DNA of 48,893 nucleotides from Fidelibacterota bacterium (GTDB lineage: Bacteria; Fidelibacterota; Marinisomatia; Marinisomatales; Marinisomataceae). Below, one piece after another: positions 28,746 to 38,132 of the stretch. The stretch is taken from the NCBI GenBank assembly GCA_018672235.1, contig JABHGE010000026.1:1-48893 (forward strand). The letters run 5' to 3'. Every line of letters begins with the position of its first letter. Within the stretch, counting starts at the first letter, position 1. The position numbers were made by a program, and so were the translations under genes. The notes beneath the pieces are model-generated. The model was not told the origin of the DNA. It saw only the letters and a program-made list of their open reading frames with translations, and made no database searches.

Positions 28746-30328
28746 AAGTCGGCCTATGTCAGATTAATCCTATTTTAGGAGATTTTGACTACAATTATGA
28801 AAAACTATTAGATAGTTATAATGAGGCTATTGATAACGGAGCAAATCTAGTAGTATTTCCTGAGATGGTAACTACAGGATACCCTCCACAAGATTTACTT
28901 TTTTCAGAATCTTTTATTAGAAAAAATTTAGAAGTATTAGACAATTTTTCTAAAAAGGTTTCTTCTCCATGCATAGTAGGATTTGTTGATCAAAAAGACG
29001 GAAAATTATTTAATTCAGCTGCAATTTGTGAGAATGGAAAGATAGTTAAAACTTATAATAAAATTCTTTTACCTAATTATGATGTATTTGATGAAAATCG
29101 CTACTTTGAAAACGGTATTGATATTGGTGATTTTACAATCAATATTAATGGTACGAGCCTGAAGTGTGTTGTACAAATATGTGAAGACCTATGGGAAGAC
29201 AACTATGATAGAAAGCTTTCTGACGAGATTGTTCAAATGAATCCTGATCTCATTATTAATATTTCTGCTTCTCCGTATCATAAGAATCGTAAAAATGTAC
29301 GAAAAGATTTAATCATGAAAAAATTTGGAGATGCTAATTGTCCTTTTATTTATTGCAACCTCGTTGGAGGACAAGATGAGCTTATATTTGATGGAAATTC
29401 TATGGTATTTAACTCAGATATGAAATTAATAGCTGAAGGAAAAAGTTTTGAAGAAGATTTAGTGATTGTCGATACAAATTCTAACTTACTAGATAGCCGT
29501 AAGGTAGAAAATGATAGTGAAATTTATAGAGCTCTAACGCTCGGAGTTAAGGATTATTTTTCTAAAACAGGTCATCAAAAAGCAGTAATAGGCCTAAGTG
29601 GTGGAATAGATTCTGCTCTGGTGGCATGTCTTGCAGTTGATGCACTTGGATCAGATAATGTTTATTTGATATCGATGCCTTCACGATTCTCTAGCGAACA
29701 TAGTAAAACTGATGCAAAAGAATTAGCTAAAAATTTAAATGCTAATTTTGATACAGTAGATATAGATGAATTATTTGAGAAATATCTAGATGTACTTAGC
29801 CCTAAATTTAAAGGGTTAGAAAGTGATGTTACTGAAGAAAATATTCAGTCAAGAATTAGAGGAAATATCTTAATGGCATTTTCTAATAAATTTGGTTGCT
29901 TAGTTCTCTCTACAGGTAACAAAACAGAGCTTGCACTAGGATATTGTACTCTTTATGGAGATATGAGTGGTGGATTATCCGCTATTGGAGATCTATCTAA
30001 AACGGAAGTTTACAATCTTGCAAAATGGAAAAATAAAACATCTAAGAATATTATTCCTCATAGCTCTATTTCAAAACCACCATCTGCGGAATTAGCTCCA
30101 AATCAAGTAGATCCGTTTGACTATGATTTAATTAGTCCTATTGTTGATAGGGTAGTATTGGGCGAAGATATATCAAATGATATAGCCGATACTGATCTAG
30201 GCAATATTGCTATAAGAATCAATCGTAATGAGCATAAAAGAAGACAAGCTGCACCCGTATTGCGTATAAGCAAGAAAGCCTTTGGAATGGGCAGAAGAGT
30301 GCCGATAGTGAATCATTTTGATGAATGA
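28730..30328 (+). CDS. nadE: Glutamine-dependent NAD+ synthetase
   Basis: Nitrilase domain (FPEM, KILLPNYDVFDENRYF, ICEDLW) plus GLSGGIDS, ENIQSRIRG, TGNKTE, PPSAEL; TTG start. Confidence 0.97.
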   Translation: MSQSIKVGLCQINPILGDFDYNYEKLLDSYNEAIDNGANLVVFPEMVTTGYPPQDLLFSESFIRKNLEVLDNFSKKVSSPCIVGFVDQKDGKLFNSAAICENGKIVKTYNKILLPNYDVFDENRYFENGIDIGDFTININGTSLKCVVQICEDLWEDNYDRKLSDEIVQMNPDLIINISASPYHKNRKNVRKDLIMKKFGDANCPFIYCNLVGGQDELIFDGNSMVFNSDMKLIAEGKSFEEDLVIVDTNSNLLDSRKVENDSEIYRALTLGVKDYFSKTGHQKAVIGLSGGIDSALVACLAVDALGSDNVYLISMPSRFSSEHSKTDAKELAKNLNANFDTVDIDELFEKYLDVLSPKFKGLESDVTEENIQSRIRGNILMAFSNKFGCLVLSTGNKTELALGYCTLYGDMSGGLSAIGDLSKTEVYNLAKWKNKTSKNIIPHSSISKPPSAELAPNQVDPFDYDLISPIVDRVVLGEDISNDIADTDLGNIAIRINRNEHKRRQAAPVLRISKKAFGMGRRVPIVNHFDE

Positions 30329-32102
30329 TATCAGCTTAATTCGCAACTTTTGTATTATTGCCCATATTGATCATGGAAAATCAACTTTAGCGGATAGGCT
30401 GCTTGAAGATACTGGTACTATTTCTAAAAAAAATATGAAAGCTCAGGTTCTAGACAATATGGAGCTAGAGCGTGAAAGAGGTATCACGATTAAAAGCCAT
30501 TCAATTCGAATTAAATATGAAAACTATATATTAAATCTTATCGATACTCCAGGACATGTTGATTTTACTTATGAAGTCTCTAGAACATTAGCTGCTAGCG
30601 AAGGAGCACTATTAATTGTTGATGCCGCACAAGGTATTGAAGCTCAGACTGTTACTAATTATTTACTAGCTCTAGGTAATGATTTAACAATCATTCCAGT
30701 AATCAATAAAGTAGATTTACCTAATGCAGATATTGAAAATGTAACGGATCAAATTATTGAGCTTACAGGCTGTGACAAAGAAGATATATTGCTTGCTAGC
30801 GCTAAAACTGGAGAAGGTATTCAGTCAATAATCGATACTATCATTCATAAAATTCCTCCACCAGAACCTCCAAAAAATGATGCCTTTAAAGCATTAATTT
30901 TTGACTCAATTTATGATAAATATCGCGGCGTTGTCGCTTATATTCGTGTTTATGAAGGATCTATAAGTCGAGGCAGTAAGATTAAATTTTTTTCCCACAA
31001 TACTTACTATGATATTGACGAAGTTGGCCATTTTGTAATCGATAGAAAAAAATCTGATTCCTTGCAAGCTGGAGAAGTAGGTTATATCATTGCAAATGTG
31101 AGAGATATAGAACATGTTTTGCCAGGCGATACAATAACAAATGTGAATAAGCCATGTAAGGACGCGCTTCCCGGTTTTCAAAAAATTAAACCAATGGTAT
31201 TTTCAGGATTATTTCCAGCCGATTCTGCGGAATATGATGACTTACGTACTGCGCTTGAAAAATTAAAACTAAACGATGCTTCTCTTGTGTTTGAGCCGGA
31301 AGTAAGTGATGCGTTAGGTTTTGGATATCGATGTGGTTTTTTAGGGTTGTTACATATGGAAATTATACAAGAAAGACTTGAAAGAGAATTTAATCTTTCA
31401 ATTGTAACTACTAGTCCAAATGTCAAGTATTTAGCAAATCTTAGAGATGGTAGTCAAATTGAAGTACAGCGACCTGCCTTGTTGCCAGAGCCAAAAATAT
31501 TAGAAAGTATTATGGAGCCAATTGTTACTGCAGAGATCTTAACTCCAGTAGATTATATTGGAAATGTAATGAAAATTTGCCAAGAGAAAAGAGGAAAATA
31601 TAAATCTACTTCTTATCTTTCTAGCTCTAAAGTCCAGTTAATTTATGAGCTACCTTTAGGTGAAATATTATTTGATTTTTATGATAGTATCAAATCTGGA
31701 TCAAAAGGATATGCTTCATTTGATTATACTTTTAAAGAATATAGAGAAGGTAAGCTAGATAGGCTTGATATTCTTATTAATAAAGAGCCTGTAGATGCCT
31801 TGTCGATGATTTGTTCAAAGAAAGATTCTTATCATAGAGGGTTAGCGCTTTGTCAAAAACTCAAAGAGTTAATTCCTAGACATCAAATCCAGATCCCAAT
31901 TCAAGCATCTATTGGAACTAGAGTAATTGCACGTACTAATATTGCTCCGTTTAGAAAGAATGTAACTGAAAAATTATATGGCGGAGATGTAACTCGAAAA
32001 AATAAATTATTACAGAAGCAAAAAAAGGGAAAAAAGAGAATGAAAATGATTGGAAGAGTTGAAGTTCCACAAGAAGCATTATTAGCTGTTTTAAAAATTT
32101 GA
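30321..32102 (+). CDS. lepA: Elongation factor 4
   Basis: IRNFCIIAHIDHGKSTLADR, DTPGHVDF, GFLGLLHMEI, YGGDVTRK.KLL. Confidence 0.99.
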   Translation: MNDISLIRNFCIIAHIDHGKSTLADRLLEDTGTISKKNMKAQVLDNMELERERGITIKSHSIRIKYENYILNLIDTPGHVDFTYEVSRTLAASEGALLIVDAAQGIEAQTVTNYLLALGNDLTIIPVINKVDLPNADIENVTDQIIELTGCDKEDILLASAKTGEGIQSIIDTIIHKIPPPEPPKNDAFKALIFDSIYDKYRGVVAYIRVYEGSISRGSKIKFFSHNTYYDIDEVGHFVIDRKKSDSLQAGEVGYIIANVRDIEHVLPGDTITNVNKPCKDALPGFQKIKPMVFSGLFPADSAEYDDLRTALEKLKLNDASLVFEPEVSDALGFGYRCGFLGLLHMEIIQERLEREFNLSIVTTSPNVKYLANLRDGSQIEVQRPALLPEPKILESIMEPIVTAEILTPVDYIGNVMKICQEKRGKYKSTSYLSSSKVQLIYELPLGEILFDFYDSIKSGSKGYASFDYTFKEYREGKLDRLDILINKEPVDALSMICSKKDSYHRGLALCQKLKELIPRHQIQIPIQASIGTRVIARTNIAPFRKNVTEKLYGGDVTRKNKLLQKQKKGKKRMKMIGRVEVPQEALLAVLKI

Positions 32103-32103
32103 T

Positions 32104-32808
32104 ATGATCCAAGATTACTTTAAAAAATCTAAATCTCCTTTCTATAGCTTTGTCATTACCCTACCTATTTTCCTAATATATGAATTAGGAATTTTTTTAA
32201 TGAGAGATACCGAGTTTAGTTATATCAAAAATGGCGCCGATGTATTAATAGAGAACGCTATTTCTACATTAGGATTTGATATTTTCTATGTAGTATCTAC
32301 GTTATTTTTATTCATATTTCTTGGCATAGCCTATTATCAGAAAAAAGAATATGATTCTTTTAAGATCCATAAATCTTATTTATTTATAATGTTAGTCGAA
32401 TCTTTTTTTTATGCTTTAATATTATTTTTTATACTCGGAAGCATGAGTCTTTATCTGATGGATTCTTCTGTTGAAAACATGTATTTCAATCTAATCTTAT
32501 CACTGGGAGCTGGAATTTATGAGGAGTTAATCTTTAGGGTATTTTCACTTTATATTTTTTATCAATTAATGAAATTTATCTTTAAATCAATGAGTGATTT
32601 TTCCTCATTATTCTTCGCATTAATATTGTCAGCTATCCTATTTTCTTTATTTCACTTTACAGGCACAGAGGTATTTACTCAAAATGCATTTACAGTTCGA
32701 TTTATTGCTGGGATACTGTTAGGATTTTTATACATAAGTAGAGGTTTTGGTATTACGGCTATTGCTCATTCATTTTATGATATATTTGTTATTTTTCAGT
32801 TAACTTAG
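32104..32808 (+). CDS. CPBP family intramembrane glutamic endopeptidase (Abi/CAAX)
   Basis: AGIYEELIFR, FSLFH, AHSFYD motifs. Confidence 0.88.
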   Translation: MIQDYFKKSKSPFYSFVITLPIFLIYELGIFLMRDTEFSYIKNGADVLIENAISTLGFDIFYVVSTLFLFIFLGIAYYQKKEYDSFKIHKSYLFIMLVESFFYALILFFILGSMSLYLMDSSVENMYFNLILSLGAGIYEELIFRVFSLYIFYQLMKFIFKSMSDFSSLFFALILSAILFSLFHFTGTEVFTQNAFTVRFIAGILLGFLYISRGFGITAIAHSFYDIFVIFQLT

Positions 32809-32811
32809 TAT

Positions 32812-33543
32812 ATGAAAAAAATAATATTTTTTATCCTGTTTTCGGGATCAATTTTTGGACAGTCTATAATTGACACGTTATCCGTAACTGTTTATCCAGA
32901 GTTTTCATATCCTGGAGTAGCAATTGAGTATAAATTTGATACAGACTCAGTGTCACAATACGACTTTCAAATACCTAGCGGAATCGATTCTGTGTTATAT
33001 ACAATATCAAGCAATGAATCTGAATTTGAGAAAATCGTAGAAATAAATGACAATACTTTGACTACAATAAAGCAAAGTGGTAATCATACTATTTATTTAT
33101 TTTTAGAGAAGTTTATCAAGGATCCAGGTCCTAGAGATTTTTTATACTTATTTGAGTCTGCTGCTGATGTAGATGCTCTAATATTTAGTTTTCAAGTACC
33201 GTTTGCTGCAAAAGATTTTCTTGCTGATGCAGGGGGTATCAAGTTAGAAAAAATTCGCGATCAAAATGGATTAACATTCATGCAGGGTATAGATAGCAAT
33301 TATTCAAAATTTGGTAAGAAAGCACTATTTTTTAGTTATTATAATCCACACGGCTTTACATCTATTCAATACGCTGCTAATATAAGCACCGAAAATACAC
33401 CTCTAGAGCCACCAACGACTGCAAGCGAAAGATTTATCAGGTATCCCTTTTTAACATGGGAGCCAATGGCTATTTTCCTATTATTAACTTTAGTATTGGT
33501 ATTTTTATATGAACTATCTAATAGAAAAGAAAAAAATAATTAA
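32812..33543 (+). CDS. Hypothetical exported, C-terminally membrane-anchored protein
   Basis: Signal peptide MKKIIFFILFSGSIFG; C-terminal TM followed by a basic tail. Confidence 0.65.
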   Translation: MKKIIFFILFSGSIFGQSIIDTLSVTVYPEFSYPGVAIEYKFDTDSVSQYDFQIPSGIDSVLYTISSNESEFEKIVEINDNTLTTIKQSGNHTIYLFLEKFIKDPGPRDFLYLFESAADVDALIFSFQVPFAAKDFLADAGGIKLEKIRDQNGLTFMQGIDSNYSKFGKKALFFSYYNPHGFTSIQYAANISTENTPLEPPTTASERFIRYPFLTWEPMAIFLLLTLVLVFLYELSNRKEKNN

Positions 33544-34528
33544 ATATTTATCACTTTTTATTTTTTGCATGGCAATTATTAGCTGCGATATAAAAAAGGA
33601 TGCAATCGGAGCAAATGATGATCTAGTTGTTCTTGCTGCTAAGGAAGATAGAGATGATATACTAAGTTTATTATCTATTGTATTTAATGATACACTTCTA
33701 ACACCAGCTCCAGAACCATTTTATAATGTAAAGTTTGCAGATCCGAGTAGCTATGATGCGCTAAAAACTCAGACAAATTTAATTATTGCCTCTATTGGAG
33801 ACTATGAGCTGAATCCTGCAACTAAGCTTGTTAGAAATTTATTAGGAAAAAAAGCATTTGAGAATACACTGGAAAATAATCCAATTGTTTTGTCTAGAGA
33901 TCAATTTGCTAAAAATCAATTATTTATGATATTAAGTGGTGCTAAAGAAAGCGATATCAGAGAATATTTATTAAAGAATGGGAATTCAATTAAAAATAAA
34001 TTTGATCAAAATTTTGATAAAAAACAGTCTCAGTATTTTTTAGAATCTAAGCGACAGGAAGATATAGAATCTCAATTGCTATCAGATTATGGATGGACTA
34101 TCAATCTACCTTGGGGTTGGGAGATGATCAGAAATAATCCAGACTCAAATTTTGTATGGATTGGCCAAGAAATGCCATTTAGATGGATGGCTATACAATG
34201 GAAAGATGGAAATCATTTTTCTGAAGAAGATGCGATTGATATAGGAGATAGCTTTCCTCAAACATATTTCAAATCACAACAATATAACAAAGAATTTTTA
34301 TCAATTGATTGGGTAGACTATCGAAATGATGCAGCTTATAGGTTGTCTGGATTGTGGGAGTCTATTGATCAGGCAAAAGGTGGTCCATTCGTAGGATATC
34401 TATTTTATGATTATGCATCCGATAAAACATTTTATGTTACTTATATGGTGTTCAATCCAGGTGGAAGAAAAGCATTTTATATGAAACAAATGGAATTATT
34501 CTCTAAAACATTAGAGACTAAATCATGA
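33509..34528 (+). CDS. DUF4837 family lipoprotein
   Basis: Lipobox IISC; TPAPEPFY, DQFAKNQL, GLWE....KGGPFVGY, FNPG..K...M.QME. Confidence 0.8.
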   Translation: MNYLIEKKKIIKYLSLFIFCMAIISCDIKKDAIGANDDLVVLAAKEDRDDILSLLSIVFNDTLLTPAPEPFYNVKFADPSSYDALKTQTNLIIASIGDYELNPATKLVRNLLGKKAFENTLENNPIVLSRDQFAKNQLFMILSGAKESDIREYLLKNGNSIKNKFDQNFDKKQSQYFLESKRQEDIESQLLSDYGWTINLPWGWEMIRNNPDSNFVWIGQEMPFRWMAIQWKDGNHFSEEDAIDIGDSFPQTYFKSQQYNKEFLSIDWVDYRNDAAYRLSGLWESIDQAKGGPFVGYLFYDYASDKTFYVTYMVFNPGGRKAFYMKQMELFSKTLETKS

Positions 34529-35235
34529 AAAGATTAGTCATACTTCCCACCTACAATGAATCAAAGAATATCATTAATATTCTTGATACGCTTTTAAGTC
34601 TAGATATAGATCTAGATATTTTAATTGTAGATGATAATTCTCCAGATAGTACAGCCCATATTGCAAAAATATATAATAGTAATAATGTTTTTATAGAAGA
34701 GCGAGCAGAGAAAAATGGATTAGGTTCTGCCTATATACATGGTTTTAATTGGGCCTTAAAAAATAAATATGATAAAATTATTCAAATGGATGCTGACTTA
34801 TCACATGATCCGATTGAAGTTCCCGCTATGTTTAGTTTGTTAGATGAATATGACTTAGTTATAGGTAGTAGGTATCATGGTGGATTACGAGTCATAAATT
34901 GGCCAATTAGTAGACTATATATCAGTTATTTTGCCAATCTTTATGCAAGAATAATTACAGGAGTACCCGTTAAAGATTTGACTGCAGGTTTCAAAGCATG
35001 GAATTCTGAAACATTGCGCTTAATTAAATTTAATGAAAGTTCATCTCAAGGCTATTGTTTCCAGATCGAAACATCATTTCGAGCTCATCAAAAAGCTTGC
35101 AAATTAATTGAACATCCAATAGTATTTACAGATCGCACTATTGGCGAATCTAAAATGAGTAAAAATGTAATGATTGAAGCAGTTTTAAAGGTATGGCTAT
35201 TTGGATTTTGGAGATTATTTAAACTAAAAAAATAG
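34525..35235 (+). CDS. Polyprenol monophosphomannose synthase (GT2, Dpm1-like)
   Basis: PTYNE, VDDNSPDST, GLGSAY, QMDADLSH, GSRY, DRTIGESKMS. Confidence 0.92.
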   Translation: MKRLVILPTYNESKNIINILDTLLSLDIDLDILIVDDNSPDSTAHIAKIYNSNNVFIEERAEKNGLGSAYIHGFNWALKNKYDKIIQMDADLSHDPIEVPAMFSLLDEYDLVIGSRYHGGLRVINWPISRLYISYFANLYARIITGVPVKDLTAGFKAWNSETLRLIKFNESSSQGYCFQIETSFRAHQKACKLIEHPIVFTDRTIGESKMSKNVMIEAVLKVWLFGFWRLFKLKK

Positions 35236-36180
35236 ATGAAAAAACATTATTTAACTTTCGAAAAACCTTTAAAAGATTTAGATCACGACATTGAAAATTT
35301 AATTTCTATTGATTCTGAATCTGATAAGCTCAATCAATTAAAAGCAGAGAGAGATGAAAAAGAAAAAGAAATTTTTTCCCAATTAGGTGCATGGGAAACA
35401 GTACAAATTGCTAGACATCCTAACAGACCCTATACTTTAGACTATATTGATGCTTGGTGCGATGATTTTATTGAGCTTCACGGTGATAAGGCATTTGCCG
35501 ATGATCATGCTGTAGTAGCGGGAATTGGCACAATTGGAAAACACAAAGTTGCTATTATAGGACAGCAAAAAGGCAGAAATACAAAAGAAAATTTATATAG
35601 AAATTTTGGAATGATGAAACCTGAGGGTTATCGTAAAGCCTTGCGTGTAATGAAAATTGCAGAAAAATTTCACTTACCTATCGTTACTTTGATTGATACT
35701 CCAGGAGCTGATCCAGGTATTGCAGCAGAAGAAAGAGGTCAAGGATTTGCTATTGCTAACAATTTGATAAAAATGGCTTCTATAGATACACAAATTTTAT
35801 CTGTAGTAATTGGAGAAGGTGCTAGTGGTGGTGCTTTAGGTATTGGTTTATGTGATAAAATGTTAATGCTAGAAAACACTTGGTTTTCAGTAATTAGTCC
35901 AGAAGGCTGTGCTTCAATTTTGTGGAAAGATTCTTCAAAAGCTCCAGAAGCAGCTGAAGCTTTAAAACTCAGACCTAAAGATCTCATGGAGTATGATATC
36001 TGCAATATGATTATTCATGAACCAGTAGGTGGAGCGCATCGTCATTTTGATGAAACACTTTTGATTGTAAAAAATGCTGTTATTGATCAAATTGATTCTT
36101 TTGAAAAAGATGATAGTATGACTTATTTAGATTCTAGAGTAGCTAGATATGATAAGTTGGGTGTTTTTAGAGAGTTTTAA
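35236..36180 (+). CDS. accA: Acetyl-CoA carboxylase carboxyltransferase subunit alpha
   Basis: ARHPNRPY, ELHGD, NFGMMKPEGYRKALR, IDTPGA, GEGASGGAL, SVISPEGCASILW. Confidence 0.98.
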   Translation: MKKHYLTFEKPLKDLDHDIENLISIDSESDKLNQLKAERDEKEKEIFSQLGAWETVQIARHPNRPYTLDYIDAWCDDFIELHGDKAFADDHAVVAGIGTIGKHKVAIIGQQKGRNTKENLYRNFGMMKPEGYRKALRVMKIAEKFHLPIVTLIDTPGADPGIAAEERGQGFAIANNLIKMASIDTQILSVVIGEGASGGALGIGLCDKMLMLENTWFSVISPEGCASILWKDSSKAPEAAEALKLRPKDLMEYDICNMIIHEPVGGAHRHFDETLLIVKNAVIDQIDSFEKDDSMTYLDSRVARYDKLGVFREF

Positions 36181-38036
36181 TAGAAGTCAAAACGATAGTC
36201 TTCAATTTCAGACTCATCACGCAATGCTTGCAACCAATGACCCCAAATTAAGTTTTGTCTTTGAATAATTAAGCTGAACTTTAATGACTCTTTCTTTTCT
36301 TCAAAATCTGATTCATTCACTTGATCTATTTCTAATACCTTAATAAATGTTTGACCTCTTAGTGTTGGAAGTGGACCAAGTACGTCATTTACATTAGCAT
36401 TAAGTAATGCACCTGATACATAGTTACTTTTTCCAATAGACTCAAAGCTTCCTACTAAATTTCCACTATCTTCTGCAATATATTCAAAGCTAGAATTATT
36501 GCTAGCTATGTCAGAAAATGTTGTTTCACTGTCGAAGTCTTTGGAAATATTTTGTGCAATATTTTTAAGATTTCTTTTTTGAGTTTCTGCTAAATACTCT
36601 GCACTTAATTCTTCTTTAACTTTTTCAAAATCTATTGTTTCTTCTTTTACTATAGAGTCTAAATAGAAAATAACGACATAATTATCATTGCTTACCACAT
36701 CAGATATATCGCCAGGATTACTATTAAATGCAAATCTTACAGCATCTCTCGCTACTCCAATGCCCTGAATAAAGATTGATTCTTTTTGTACTCCGCTTGC
36801 ATCATTAATAACCATTCCTAAAGAATCTGCCAGTTGAACAAATCCAGCTTCTTTAGCATCTAAAGAAAAAATACTAGCCGTATCACTTAAGTCGCTCTCA
36901 GTATCTTTCCCTGGAGCTATAGATAGAAGAATGTGAGAAGCATTTACTTGCTTTGTTCCATCTTCTAGTGTTTTTTTGTCATTCACTTTAATAACATGAT
37001 AACCAAAATTTGTTAATACGGGACCAACTAATTCGCCTGAGTCAGCTTCAAAAGCTGCTTTATCAAATTCTGATACCATTTTACCTTGCTCAAACCATCC
37101 AAGCATTCCACCTTTTGGTAAATTAACGTCCATACTATTGCTAGGATCTTCAGTATACATATTTGCTATATCAGCAAAGTTTTCACCCTGATTGATACGA
37201 TACATTAGATTTTCAGCTTCAAGTTTTGTACGGAATGAATCATTAGCACTAGAAACTATAGGCCACTTAACATATTTCATATAACGCATTTCTGACTGCT
37301 TATAGTCTTCAATATTTTCATTATACAATTCAGTTAATTCTTGGTCAGTAGGTCGACCTAACATCATTCCATCAAAGAAATCATTGCCATCTAAAGCTTT
37401 TTCTGTGATATGTAGTATTTCAATTTTATAGTTTAGAAATCGAGATCTATAGCTATCTATAATATCTTGCTCTGAAGTAGAAGCGCTATTAACTACTAAT
37501 TGCTGAAGTTTATAGTTTGGAAGATAAACATCACGCATAAATTCTTCAATTGGACGCCAATCCAATTCTCCTGGATTTAAGATTGCATCCATATATTTTT
37601 CTAAGTCAAATTGTCCACCAGTTTGAAAGGCAGTACTTCCTCTTAAAAATGCAGGAGGATTATTTTTCAATTGATAGAGAACTTCTTCATCGCTTATAGC
37701 AATATTATTCTTTTCAATTTGTTCTTGTATTAATAAGTCTTGTATGATTCGTTCCCAAACTATTGCTCGAATGTATTCTCTATCTTCATCAGTTATATCT
37801 TGAGGAGATTGAGATTGTAATCTGGTAACTTCATCATTAACTAAACGATTAAAATTTTCATATAGAATTGGTCTACCATTCAATGATCCAACATGACTTC
37901 CATTTTGTTGGCCAAAAATATCACCAATGCTAGCTCCACCTACAAGGCCACCAATAGCCATACTTATAACGAAGAGAACTAAGATAGTCCACATCACTAC
38001 TTGCATTCGATTTCGCATGTTTGTAATAATTCCCAT
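36177..38036 (-). CDS. PpiD-like periplasmic chaperone/parvulin peptidyl-prolyl isomerase
   Basis: N-terminal TM anchor, SurA-N-like region, F.DIA..Y.EDP, GGMLGWF, MVSEF..AAF, GPVLTNFGYHVI, SHILL. Confidence 0.9.
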   Translation of the reverse strand: MGIITNMRNRMQVVMWTILVLFVISMAIGGLVGGASIGDIFGQQNGSHVGSLNGRPILYENFNRLVNDEVTRLQSQSPQDITDEDREYIRAIVWERIIQDLLIQEQIEKNNIAISDEEVLYQLKNNPPAFLRGSTAFQTGGQFDLEKYMDAILNPGELDWRPIEEFMRDVYLPNYKLQQLVVNSASTSEQDIIDSYRSRFLNYKIEILHITEKALDGNDFFDGMMLGRPTDQELTELYNENIEDYKQSEMRYMKYVKWPIVSSANDSFRTKLEAENLMYRINQGENFADIANMYTEDPSNSMDVNLPKGGMLGWFEQGKMVSEFDKAAFEADSGELVGPVLTNFGYHVIKVNDKKTLEDGTKQVNASHILLSIAPGKDTESDLSDTASIFSLDAKEAGFVQLADSLGMVINDASGVQKESIFIQGIGVARDAVRFAFNSNPGDISDVVSNDNYVVIFYLDSIVKEETIDFEKVKEELSAEYLAETQKRNLKNIAQNISKDFDSETTFSDIASNNSSFEYIAEDSGNLVGSFESIGKSNYVSGALLNANVNDVLGPLPTLRGQTFIKVLEIDQVNESDFEEKKESLKFSLIIQRQNLIWGHWLQALRDESEIEDYRFDFY

Positions 38037-38132
38037 AAGGATGGAATTTATATAAGCATAGATGTGAAAGCAAAACTATTTAACATAAAGTATTTAAGTG
38101 ATTTTGTTTAAAAAACTCCTTATTATTGTTTC

